Shown here: positions 27,706 through 36,580 of the stretch, one piece after another
Numbering within the stretch: the first letter of the stretch is position 1
How the letters are laid out: each line of letters starts with the position of its first letter
The notes under the pieces: model-generated
The model's database searches: none
What the model was told of the DNA's origin: nothing
The model's input: only the letters and a program-made list of their open reading frames with translations
IMG/VR virus record: IMGVR_UViG_3300034082_004296
Span: 1-64,000 of that record
Reading direction: 5' to 3' (one strand)
From: a virus
DNA: 64,000 nt
Translations under genes and position numbers: made by a program

Positions 27706-28083
27706 ATGGCAAGCCTTAGAGACTTTTATACCCGAACTGATGAGGATCCTAAATACTTAGGCGATCGTTTAGAGATTAGTGATGAATTAGAGTCTGCGAT
27801 ACAGCAAGTAAAGATGACTCTATTTACCCGAAAGGGAGAGGTTCTAGGAGAACCCGACTTTGGAATAGAATTAGATAATTATCTTTTTGAATATTCGATC
27901 GATCCTAGTCGATTGGGTAAAGATGCAACTGGTCAAATCAATAAGTATGTAGCAGAAGCACGAAAAAGAAAGATAACTGTTTCTCCTTCACTATATCCGG
28001 ATGACAAGGCCAATCGTGACATTTTCGTACTTCTTATCGACATACCTGAGACAAAGAACTCCTTTGCTCTATTCTACGACTAA
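27706..28083 (+). CDS. baseplate wedge protein (gp25-like)
   Basis: LFTRKGEVLGEPDFG...YLFE signature. Confidence 0.8.
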   Translation: MASLRDFYTRTDEDPKYLGDRLEISDELESAIQQVKMTLFTRKGEVLGEPDFGIELDNYLFEYSIDPSRLGKDATGQINKYVAEARKRKITVSPSLYPDDKANRDIFVLLIDIPETKNSFALFYD

Positions 28084-28460
28084 TCTTCCAATAAATTAAT
28101 CACAGATAGGATAGATCTTATATTTCTCTGTTCGTTTGAGTGGCTCTCAATTGAGATTCTGATAAGATCTAACTTGTGAGAATGTTCAGACTTCTCACTA
28201 TATAAAGCAGATAGTGTTAAGTCATCCTTAGAATCAGTCAAGAAAGCAATTTTCCTAGCTTCATCATTAGAATAGATCTTTTTACCATTTTCATCCAATG
28301 CTGAATTGATCTCAGATTTAATTTCAGATTCTCTCTGAACGATCTTTTCTGAGATGAGTTGGATTCCATCATTAGTAACCAAAGCCTTAAGCTGTAGGTC
28401 TGAGATTTCAACAGGAAGGACAGTTAGCCTGTTGATTAAGTCATTTAATTTTTCTTTCAT
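28080..28460 (-). CDS. hypothetical coiled-coil protein
   Basis: promoter TTTAAT-N17-TATAAT at 28478-28506. Confidence 0.65.
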   Translation of the reverse strand: MKEKLNDLINRLTVLPVEISDLQLKALVTNDGIQLISEKIVQRESEIKSEINSALDENGKKIYSNDEARKIAFLTDSKDDLTLSALYSEKSEHSHKLDLIRISIESHSNEQRNIRSILSVINLLED

Positions 28461-28501
28461 AAGTATAATTTTTAACTATTATACTTAATTAAATGGTTAG
28501 A

Positions 28502-30226
28502 TTAAAGTTGACCTTCGCCAGAAGTCTCGCCTCCGTCTTTTACCTCACTACCTCCGCCTTCAGCGGCAGCTGCAGCTGGAGCAGCGGCTGCACCTCCTCC
28601 ACCTGGAGCAGCACCACCTGGAGCAGCACCACCTGGAGGTGGCGGCATCTCTTCAGACTCTTCCGCATCCGGTTTCTGATCGAACCATGCAAGGTTTGAC
28701 TTGATTTCGGAATCTGTCATTTTTAATTCTTCTCTGATCAAGTATTCGGTAGAGAAATATGGAGTACCGTCGTCTTTCATGACTCCTTTTTTGGCTTGGA
28801 ACGAAGCTATTCGTTTGGCTTCTATCTCGTTCTTCTTCATTTCCTCAAACACGTTATCGTTGTAATACTTGATCCCAATAGCGTTATTAAACTTATAGTC
28901 TTCTGCAAGTTCTGGAAAGTCTAGACACATTTGCAAATACCAAGGTTTTACCATCATCTCTGAAAAAGCAGTTCGTAACCTATTAATAAATTTTTGATAA
29001 CGAACTTCCTCCCTAGTGATACCCTCAGCGTTTAGAGTAAATGCACCCATTCCAGATTGGCCTTCCCATCTTGAATAAGGAATCTTGGAGTCCATCTTTA
29101 ATTTTTTATAGAAATAGTTTAGGAGCTCTGATCCTGAAAGGTTTGGACCTGGCGTCTGTAGGGCTTCTATTTTTACCTGCTGATTCTGATCGTTTACTGG
29201 CAGGATGTAGTTTTTATAGAATAAGATATTTGGTTTACCATCAACATTAAGCTCTCCGGAATCTCCGTTAAAGTAGATGTCTTCCTTAAACATGTTTAGG
29301 AATTCACGAACATCTTCTTGACCCTTTTGAAAACTTTTACTTCCAATCGGTACAGTTGTTGTTAATCGAATTGGAGCATTCATAACATGCCAAATAACTT
29401 TACTATGTTCGATTATTCGAAGTAGGTTAAAGGATCTGATTAGACGCTCAACAAAACTTACTCGTTTTGTTCTAAAATGATTGGCATATGAAATATAGAT
29501 TACTTGAGAGTCATTAAGAACCCTGGTTGAACCAGTCTGCTGGTCGTATTGTAACCATTGTAAAAATATCTTGCCCTTAGCATCTTTCTGTAACTGAGGA
29601 GCTATGCTGGCGGGATCCAATTCCTTAAATCCTATTATCTCTTTAGGTTTATCTAAGTTATCATAGATGATCTCAAAAGAAAGGTGGCCTTCGACTAAGA
29701 ATTGGAAAGCATACTGCCAGGCTGATATTCCTTCTCCAAAGCTCCATGCATTATAGATACGTTCAAAGTTATCATGATACTTTTTAAGTACCTTTTCCTG
29801 AAAGTTTAGACGTTCCTCTTTGGTGTCTCCTCGATAGAGAATCTTTCCAGTAAGGTCCTTTGCATACACAAACCTTTGCTCTTCATCATATACGATCATG
29901 TCATCAACAATGGTCTCAAGAATAAACTCAATCTCACCATTTGCCGCAACGTCTCTTAGTCTCTCTCTTTTTACCACATAGTCTAACTGAAAAAATGCAA
30001 TGGCTTTAGTTCTTAATTGTGATGTAGTATCTGAGATTGCCATCGAAAACTTAAGTAGCTCATCGTTTGCATTGAGTCTAGAAGTCCTAGACTGTAGCTG
30101 ACCCTCAATAAAACCAATTGCCTGTGAGTTTCTAAGCAAAAGGTCCTCGTGTCGAGTACCAAACTTACTGAGGCTCGATAAGGTACCGTTTGTTTTTCTT
30201 CCTGATGTGTCTAAGAATCCACTCAT
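28502..30226 (-). CDS. portal protein (T4 gp20-like)
   Basis: 574 aa; LRIIEHSKVIW, IPYSRW, ITREEVRYQKFINRLR resemble gp20 conserved blocks. Confidence 0.85.
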   Translation of the reverse strand: MSGFLDTSGRKTNGTLSSLSKFGTRHEDLLLRNSQAIGFIEGQLQSRTSRLNANDELLKFSMAISDTTSQLRTKAIAFFQLDYVVKRERLRDVAANGEIEFILETIVDDMIVYDEEQRFVYAKDLTGKILYRGDTKEERLNFQEKVLKKYHDNFERIYNAWSFGEGISAWQYAFQFLVEGHLSFEIIYDNLDKPKEIIGFKELDPASIAPQLQKDAKGKIFLQWLQYDQQTGSTRVLNDSQVIYISYANHFRTKRVSFVERLIRSFNLLRIIEHSKVIWHVMNAPIRLTTTVPIGSKSFQKGQEDVREFLNMFKEDIYFNGDSGELNVDGKPNILFYKNYILPVNDQNQQVKIEALQTPGPNLSGSELLNYFYKKLKMDSKIPYSRWEGQSGMGAFTLNAEGITREEVRYQKFINRLRTAFSEMMVKPWYLQMCLDFPELAEDYKFNNAIGIKYYNDNVFEEMKKNEIEAKRIASFQAKKGVMKDDGTPYFSTEYLIREELKMTDSEIKSNLAWFDQKPDAEESEEMPPPPGGAAPGGAAPGGGGAAAAPAAAAAEGGGSEVKDGGETSGEGQL

Positions 30227-30227
30227 A

Positions 30228-30848
30228 TTATGTTAAAGTATTTGTTAAAAAGTCTTCGTAGACCTTTGTCAGATCAATTGGATCTGGATAGAGACCGTCC
30301 ACTGTAAGCGTAGGGTTGACTAGCATACCAAATCGGTCCCAGTCAATCAGCTTTGCCTCTAGCACCTGATCCATATCATATTTATTTATTGCGTAATTTA
30401 GGTTGTTTACTCCAAGTATGGTGCTTAATGCAGTTGGAGTGATTAGGTAGAATCGTTGATCAATCAATCGACGCTCCTCAATAGGTCGTAAGTTTCCGTC
30501 CTTGTCAAAAAGGTTGTTTAGCCCATTGAGCTGTGAAAACTTCCAATATGCCTCAAGGATCTTTGCGCTGGCTCGAGGAGGCATGACTTTTAGATTTAAG
30601 ATAAGAGCAGTCTCCTTCCAGTTATCATGAAAAAGAAGCAAACCGACTGGATTTAGATCTAGGTAGTTCTTACCTGTTAGTGCATGGACATATTCCTCAT
30701 TTAATGAGGGAACCATTACCTGTGTCTTAAAGTAATAAAACCTACCTGGAATAACTTCGCCTCTTTTTTGAGGGATGCCGAAATCTTTAGCTACAACATT
30801 AAGAGGTAGTGTTCCGTTATTCTTAGGTATGTTATTAAAATCCTTCAC
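30228..30848 (-). CDS. DNA end protector-like protein (T4 gp2-like)
   Basis: PGRFYYF...LNLKVMPP resembles gp2; adjacent to gp4 as in T4. Confidence 0.45.
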   Translation of the reverse strand: MKDFNNIPKNNGTLPLNVVAKDFGIPQKRGEVIPGRFYYFKTQVMVPSLNEEYVHALTGKNYLDLNPVGLLLFHDNWKETALILNLKVMPPRASAKILEAYWKFSQLNGLNNLFDKDGNLRPIEERRLIDQRFYLITPTALSTILGVNNLNYAINKYDMDQVLEAKLIDWDRFGMLVNPTLTVDGLYPDPIDLTKVYEDFLTNTLT

Positions 30849-30856
30849 CTAATATT

Positions 30857-31357
30857 TTACACCTTATTAAAGAGAAAGTTTTCTGTAATTATACCGAATC
30901 GCATATTATTCTGTTTAGCATAGACCCTAGCTGCTCTAAACTTTGCATCATTGATGATATATGCTTTAGCATGGCGAGCATAATTAAGAGTCGCTTTTTC
31001 AGTAAGTCTAGTTGGAGCCTCAGGTGGAGACAAGTATTTTTGAGGTTTGACTTCAATCAACCACTTAGTGATTTCACCTTCAGGTGATTTAGTGGCCATG
31101 TAACAGTCGACCCAATAAGTAGACTCCTGCTTTAGGATTGGATTCCAATATTTTATGGGCATGGGTTCTGACGCATACTCAACAACGGCTTCGGTGTTAT
31201 CACAGTAACTTAAGAACTTAAGTTCCCAGCTCGAACGATAGATTATCTTAGTAATATCTCCACTGTATTTTTCAGGATTCATTGGAGTAAAATATCCCTG
31301 TTTGACCCTGCCTCGTTGAGGTTTAAGAAAATCATGTATATCCCGTTCTTTTGCCAT
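30857..31357 (-). CDS. head completion nuclease (T4 gp4-like, TnsA-type)
   Basis: PMNPEKYSGD...YRSSWE...YWVD...IEVKP...ITE. Confidence 0.9.
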   Translation of the reverse strand: MAKERDIHDFLKPQRGRVKQGYFTPMNPEKYSGDITKIIYRSSWELKFLSYCDNTEAVVEYASEPMPIKYWNPILKQESTYWVDCYMATKSPEGEITKWLIEVKPQKYLSPPEAPTRLTEKATLNYARHAKAYIINDAKFRAARVYAKQNNMRFGIITENFLFNKV

Positions 31358-31373
31358 ATTGATTATTTATTCC

Positions 31374-31409
31374 AAAAAAAGACCTCACCCTTGAGTAAAA
31401 GGTGAGGTC
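31374..31409 (-). terminator. intrinsic terminator
   Basis: gacctcacc/ggtgaggtc stem with A-run on plus strand. Confidence 0.65.
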
Positions 31410-31435
31410 ACTAAATCCAATGGGTTAAGATTAAA

Positions 31436-31744
31436 TTACCCTAAGTATTTTTCAATAAGTCCATCTGCATCATCTGGGCCAAGTTTTCCCTTTTCAACAA
31501 GCTTAACTAGCAGTGCAGCAATTACAAGTTTTTCAGGCATGTCATCATCCATTACCTCAATTTCTCCATTTTCAGCAGCTTCTGCAAGATCCCCATAAGC
31601 ATCCTCAGCAGCCTCTTCAACGTCTTCCTCAGACCCTACTAATTCTATTAGTTCATCAAGTAAGGATTCGTCAATTTCAAATGGCATTTCTGGCTCCTCC
31701 ATCTCGTTTACTCGATACTCTCTTAAATTCATGATTCTTCTCAT
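31436..31744 (-). CDS. acidic virion cargo / core candidate
   Basis: MRRIMNLREYRVNE; late promoter 31763-31770. Confidence 0.7.
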   Translation of the reverse strand: MRRIMNLREYRVNEMEEPEMPFEIDESLLDELIELVGSEEDVEEAAEDAYGDLAEAAENGEIEVMDDDMPEKLVIAALLVKLVEKGKLGPDDADGLIEKYLG

Positions 31745-31769
31745 GATTATTAATTTTTTTATTATTTAT

Positions 31770-32903
31770 TTAGACGTAGAGCAAATCTAGCGGAGATTCT
31801 GAAAAGTATTGCAGAACAAACTCATTAAAGGAATCAAAGGTAAGGGATGAATCGTGTTTTGACATAAACGAATAAAGGTCATTGACGTCTTTGATTAATC
31901 GAACATTTCGATAGTCCACATTGTATTTTTTACGAAGATCAGCCATTACCTTATTCCATAGGAACACTCGATAGCCTTTCTTAATTAGATCAATTGACTG
32001 GTTCTTACCTGCCATATCACTATCGAATAGGATTAAGGTATTTGATTTGCTTAATAGGTTTTCTAACAAGAGTTTGCTTTTAGAAATACCAGTAGTTGCA
32101 ATAGAATTATTTAGGAACATTGAATCTATTTGACCTTCAGTCACTAGAATAGGTTTTGAAAAGTCAACATTCAATACATTAAAATAATTATTGATCGAGT
32201 CAATATCAGCAATAATGTCATCTTCGACATTTCGAACAAGTCCGTTCTTTTTTAACTCAGAATAGTTTTTAATTAGATATTTTGGTCCACTGATTCCTTC
32301 TCCAATTCGACGTATTGCAAAGCCTAGGATCTTACCAGTTCGTTGGTCTAGATTAAAAAGATAGATTTTATCCTCTCTTGAATCAAAATAACTGCACCTT
32401 TGAAATGCAGGAAGAGTGTCAAGGGCTCGATTCTTTATGAATAGTCCAAGTTCAGTGTCTGGATCAATCTCACTACATGGAGTCAATGAAAATCGAAGAG
32501 CTACCTCTTCTATTTTTAAGAGATGATCGCTTGCGCTTTTATTGATTAGAAGTTCAATTAACGATCCTCTCTTCTTTTTAGAAGTTTGGGGTGTCCACTT
32601 GACTTGGGCCTTGACATCAGGTAAACCTAATGAATATTTGAGCGCAAACTTAGAGATAAACTTAGGAATATCTGATTTTACTCCACATCCATCATTATAA
32701 CATTTATAGAAACCTCGATCTGGATATATGTTACCTCTCTTTTTTCTGGAATCTGTTTTAGAATCACCACAATATGGGCAGGCAAAATTGATCTTATCGC
32801 CAGATTCATATACCTCCTGTTTAAATCGATCTTCTGGAAATCTTTTCTTTAGGACATCCTTTATAAAGCTATATATGTTATAACCCGTCAATAGATCAAG
32901 CAT
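31770..32903 (-). CDS. DNA primase (T4 gp61-like)
   Basis: CPYCGDS...CYNDGC zinc finger; TEGQIDSMF and FDSD TOPRIM motifs. Confidence 0.9.
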   Translation of the reverse strand: MLDLLTGYNIYSFIKDVLKKRFPEDRFKQEVYESGDKINFACPYCGDSKTDSRKKRGNIYPDRGFYKCYNDGCGVKSDIPKFISKFALKYSLGLPDVKAQVKWTPQTSKKKRGSLIELLINKSASDHLLKIEEVALRFSLTPCSEIDPDTELGLFIKNRALDTLPAFQRCSYFDSREDKIYLFNLDQRTGKILGFAIRRIGEGISGPKYLIKNYSELKKNGLVRNVEDDIIADIDSINNYFNVLNVDFSKPILVTEGQIDSMFLNNSIATTGISKSKLLLENLLSKSNTLILFDSDMAGKNQSIDLIKKGYRVFLWNKVMADLRKKYNVDYRNVRLIKDVNDLYSFMSKHDSSLTFDSFNEFVLQYFSESPLDLLYV

Positions 32904-34332
32904 TTTCCTCCTCTTCTAATTCAAGAACAGGGTTTGCTTTTTCCTTCTTCTTCGTCATTCTTTTCAAATACTTATCGAGTTCAGGTTTTGGAACTATTGT
33001 AGTATTTAGGCCATATCGAGTAATGACTCCCAAGTATTCCTGAAAATCTTCCTCAGCTACATCAACATCAGCATTGCCGATTACCTTCCAGAATTTTTCT
33101 GGAACTTCAATGTATTCTAGTGTTTCTTGATCCACTATGTATAGAGGGTAGATATCAGCATCAGTCAATACTTTTTTACTCTTGACGGTTACTACTTCAA
33201 CTGCACGTTTTAAATTAGTATCAAGCGAGCTCATCTTCATTGCAGTAAGTAATCGATTTATTGGTTCAATTATTAGGGAAAAGAACTGTGAATCGATATC
33301 CATTAATAGAGCGATCTCGTCAGGATAGGTTCCAGGTGAGTATGCAAATACATCATGTCCGCCTTCATTTGTTTCAGGATTACAGTAGTAAAACTTGATC
33401 TTGTCCTTTTCTCTAATCTTAGGATATTTCTCAATAAGTCCAGTCTTAATTAGGATATGATTATAGATGGCGGCAGCTCGAGGAAAGATCGAGATTCCTT
33501 TCTTAAGTTCAAGTCTCTCTTCACTCGTGATATACTTATTATAGACTCGAATATTGAAATTAAATGCTAATTCATCTGGATGAAGAGAACGGGCTTCATT
33601 TTTAAGAACAGTTAGTCGAGGAATAATATCTTTTTCAATATCGAGTCGCTTACCTCGATCCATAATAAAGGAGGTAAGTTCAGTTAGTTTGTCTCGAGCC
33701 CAAATCGGATAAGAACCCTTAACTGGTTCAAGACCTTTGATTATCAAGTATCTCTTTTCTTGTGGTTCTAATTCATAATTTGGATTAGGTTCGTATGCCA
33801 CTCGAATAGCATAGTTTTTCTTTTTAAGCCAAATGCCAGTCTCTGACAAGTTTTCTAATTTAAACTTAAGTCGGTTTTTAGTATTAAATACTTTTCCATA
33901 TTTCTCAAAGCACATATCAAAATAATTGGAAAGTCGATGTCGGTCAATATTGATACAGATATTTAGTGCTTCATCTTTTGAAAAATCTGCACCAATGATT
34001 GAATCTAGGGCAGAGTCAAACTGTACATAGATTGAATCAGTATCGGTGTAAATAGCAGCTTCATCCTCAATCTTATTAATAGTATACCCATCGATTCCTA
34101 ATAATTTATGGAGTTCAGTGTCAAGATGCCACTTTTCTAGAAAATAGTGATTTACTGCCTTAATTGAAAACTTGATTAGATCTTGGCCCTGTAGAGTGAT
34201 TGACTGTGCGATATCTGGATTGTAGAAATAGAACCACTTATTCCCAAATGCTCCATAAATAGAGTTAATTAAGATCTTTATCGCGTTTTGCTTTAGATCA
34301 AGTTTTTTAATATGTTTTTCTTTATCTTCCAT
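32896..34332 (-). CDS. family B DNA polymerase, C-terminal half only
   Basis: KILINSIYGAFG (motif B), YTDTDS (motif C), KKKNYA; lacks exonuclease and motif A. Confidence 0.85.
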   Translation of the reverse strand: MEDKEKHIKKLDLKQNAIKILINSIYGAFGNKWFYFYNPDIAQSITLQGQDLIKFSIKAVNHYFLEKWHLDTELHKLLGIDGYTINKIEDEAAIYTDTDSIYVQFDSALDSIIGADFSKDEALNICINIDRHRLSNYFDMCFEKYGKVFNTKNRLKFKLENLSETGIWLKKKNYAIRVAYEPNPNYELEPQEKRYLIIKGLEPVKGSYPIWARDKLTELTSFIMDRGKRLDIEKDIIPRLTVLKNEARSLHPDELAFNFNIRVYNKYITSEERLELKKGISIFPRAAAIYNHILIKTGLIEKYPKIREKDKIKFYYCNPETNEGGHDVFAYSPGTYPDEIALLMDIDSQFFSLIIEPINRLLTAMKMSSLDTNLKRAVEVVTVKSKKVLTDADIYPLYIVDQETLEYIEVPEKFWKVIGNADVDVAEEDFQEYLGVITRYGLNTTIVPKPELDKYLKRMTKKKEKANPVLELEEEENA

Positions 34333-34448
34333 GTAATGTTATACTTATTAGACTCGATACAGTTTCGGAAACTAAAATACTAAACGTTTCATAAACATTA
34401 AATCTTCGAAGGGTTTCTTGGAAATAAATAACAAAAAGAAGTTTAGGT

Positions 34449-35075
34449 ATGGATGACCGTGGCCAAGATGGGACAGTTGATAAGACTTCAGAATTAAAGA
34501 CGGTTCTTCCATTCATGACAGAGTTTCCTTTTGGAGATTACGACATATCAATGGTTGAGCGAGGAGACGACCTTATAAAGCTGGGAGTCTCGCCAATTTT
34601 AGTGAAGGAGTTTGGAGATAATGGAACAATACGAAGCCTTAACTTCTACTATATTGAAGATGGATCAGACATTTCAATTTCTCTCTATGCGGGCGACGTT
34701 GAATGGATCGCAGAAGAGGCGATTCATATCAAAAAGATGGATGATTTACGTAAGACACTAGACGATTCACTAGAGAGCGATGACCTTCTATTAAAGACAA
34801 AGACGATCAAGAAGGGCAGAAAGTTCCTAAAGTTGCTAAACTGTGATAACGTTACTGGAATAGACTTCAACGAACTAATCATAGACTTTACTAATATTTA
34901 TGAGACCGCCCTAAATTCAAAGATTAGATTGGGTTTACAAAAATTGAGCGAGGCGACACTAAGATCCACTGAGTTTTCAGAAAAACAATTTAAAGCGGTG
35001 CGAGCCTTCCTTAATTTTCAAATCCATTACATAAAGATCCTACTTGGGATCGTGATTGCAGCTAAAATATACTAA
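34449..35075 (+). CDS. hypothetical late protein
   Basis: 208-aa ORF; late promoter 34423-34430. Confidence 0.65.
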   Translation: MDDRGQDGTVDKTSELKTVLPFMTEFPFGDYDISMVERGDDLIKLGVSPILVKEFGDNGTIRSLNFYYIEDGSDISISLYAGDVEWIAEEAIHIKKMDDLRKTLDDSLESDDLLLKTKTIKKGRKFLKLLNCDNVTGIDFNELIIDFTNIYETALNSKIRLGLQKLSEATLRSTEFSEKQFKAVRAFLNFQIHYIKILLGIVIAAKIY

Positions 35076-35078
35076 CTT

Positions 35079-35837
35079 ATGGCAAAACGAAGATTAAGCA
35101 AAGACGAATTAGAGGATATTGAAACTTGGCAACGGGAACGTGAAGCACTGACTGCCGCCAAGATGTTCACCAATAAAATAGAGATAAAGTGCAAGTCAAA
35201 GGCTCAAAAGGATGCCCTGACCGCTATTGAGGAGCATGATATCTCAATTATAACTGGACCTCCAGGAACAGGCAAGACTTACTTATCCTGTGCAAGAGCA
35301 TTAAAGTATCTAAAAGAGGATCCTGGTACGTATAAAAAGATTATCTTAATAAAATCAGTTAACGTACCTAAGGATGAGGAGATAGGTTACTTAAAGGGCA
35401 CATTAGAGGAGAAGATGGAGATGTACATGTATCCATTCATCTCTAACTTCCATAAAGTGATTGGTAAACAGGCGACTGAAGCACTAAAAGCATATGGAAA
35501 CATTGAGATACTACCTATCAAGTTTGCATTGGGTGTGACTCTAGATAACGCAGTCATCTTAATTGATGAAGCTCAACAGATAGCTAAGGATCACCTACAT
35601 ACACTATTGACCAGGATCGGTAGTAATTCCAAGATGGTATTCTTGGGAGATATTAAACAAAAATCGGTAAATAAGGGACAAAAGAGTGCTCTTGAGATCT
35701 TGATTGAACATTTTGTAGAGATTGAGGAGATAGGGATTGCTCAGCTTTCCAAAGAGGATATTGTACGTCACCCAATTATTATGAAACTAGAAGAGGTGTT
35801 TGAAAAGATAGAAAATTCTGAAAAACTAAATAAATAA
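35079..35837 (+). CDS. phoH: PhoH-family ATPase
   Basis: GPPGTGKT, IGYLKGTLEEK, DEAQ, TRIG, GDIKQ, DIVRHP. Confidence 0.9.
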   Translation: MAKRRLSKDELEDIETWQREREALTAAKMFTNKIEIKCKSKAQKDALTAIEEHDISIITGPPGTGKTYLSCARALKYLKEDPGTYKKIILIKSVNVPKDEEIGYLKGTLEEKMEMYMYPFISNFHKVIGKQATEALKAYGNIEILPIKFALGVTLDNAVILIDEAQQIAKDHLHTLLTRIGSNSKMVFLGDIKQKSVNKGQKSALEILIEHFVEIEEIGIAQLSKEDIVRHPIIMKLEEVFEKIENSEKLNK

Positions 35838-35852
35838 AAATAAAAGATTAAA

Positions 35853-36176
35853 ATGAAAAATCATGTAAAGAAATTTGGTTCATTTGTCAATGAACATTTT
35901 CACTATCCGAGCACAAAAAAACTTAGGTCTCAATTAGTAGGAGGAAAAGGGCAAAAGGCTCAATATGATGAACTTGGAGGAGGAGATCAAGTTGAGTTGG
36001 AAAGTCAGTTTGCAGAATTAAGCGGCGACCCTGAACTAGCCAAAGCATTTGTTAGAAAGCTATCTAAATATAACTCGATTGAGGATATAAAGGCAGGCTT
36101 AGAACAAATGTTGGATGTTTTAAGAAATCCTAGGACTGAAGATAATGAACCTGATTGGGACATGCGTAACTATTAA
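35853..36176 (+). CDS. hypothetical virion cargo candidate
   Basis: MKNHVKKFGSFVNE; late promoter 35829-35836. Confidence 0.7.
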   Translation: MKNHVKKFGSFVNEHFHYPSTKKLRSQLVGGKGQKAQYDELGGGDQVELESQFAELSGDPELAKAFVRKLSKYNSIEDIKAGLEQMLDVLRNPRTEDNEPDWDMRNY

Positions 36177-36235
36177 TCTTTAACTTTTAAATGATTTGAA
36201 AACTCTGAAAAAATAAATAAAAATAAACTAGTATT

Positions 36236-36529
36236 ATGAATACAAATCATATAAAAACGTTTGGTCAATTTGTGAATGAATCTACTGAAGCGGGTTGGGA
36301 TCCAACTACTATTTCTTCTGTACAGGGAAAACTGGCGGTTACTAAAACTGGTAAACTGGACACAGCTACAATTCAAGCCCTTAAGGGTTATCAAGAAGGA
36401 CACTCAATATCAGTAACTGGGAAGATAGATAAAGCAACTCTAGCAAGTATGGGAATAAAAGGAAAATGGGTAGATGCAGGACATACATCGGCTGAACGAA
36501 AAGCAGGAATGAATTCAGCGATTCGATAA
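36236..36529 (+). CDS. peptidoglycan-binding domain protein with capsid-targeting-like leader
   Basis: HIKTFGQFVNE then VQ..L...TGKLDTATIQALKGYQ....VTGKIDKATL (PG_binding_1-like). Confidence 0.7.
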   Translation: MNTNHIKTFGQFVNESTEAGWDPTTISSVQGKLAVTKTGKLDTATIQALKGYQEGHSISVTGKIDKATLASMGIKGKWVDAGHTSAERKAGMNSAIR

Positions 36530-36550
36530 AAATAAAATTTCCTAGATATC

Positions 36551-36580
36551 AAAAAAGCGACTTACTCAGGTCGCTTTTTT
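36551..36580. terminator. bidirectional intrinsic terminator
   Basis: aaaaaagcgac-ttactcag-gtcgctttttt. Confidence 0.75.

Noticed and set aside
28560-28645. GC-rich 15-nt repeats (ccacctggagcagca)
   Set aside because: They encode the low-complexity GGAAP tail of the portal protein
34322-34516. Upstream exon or intron-split N-terminal part of the DNA polymerase
   Set aside because: The 64-aa ORF has no polymerase motifs and overlaps a plus-strand gene and its promoter; no intron-like structure seen
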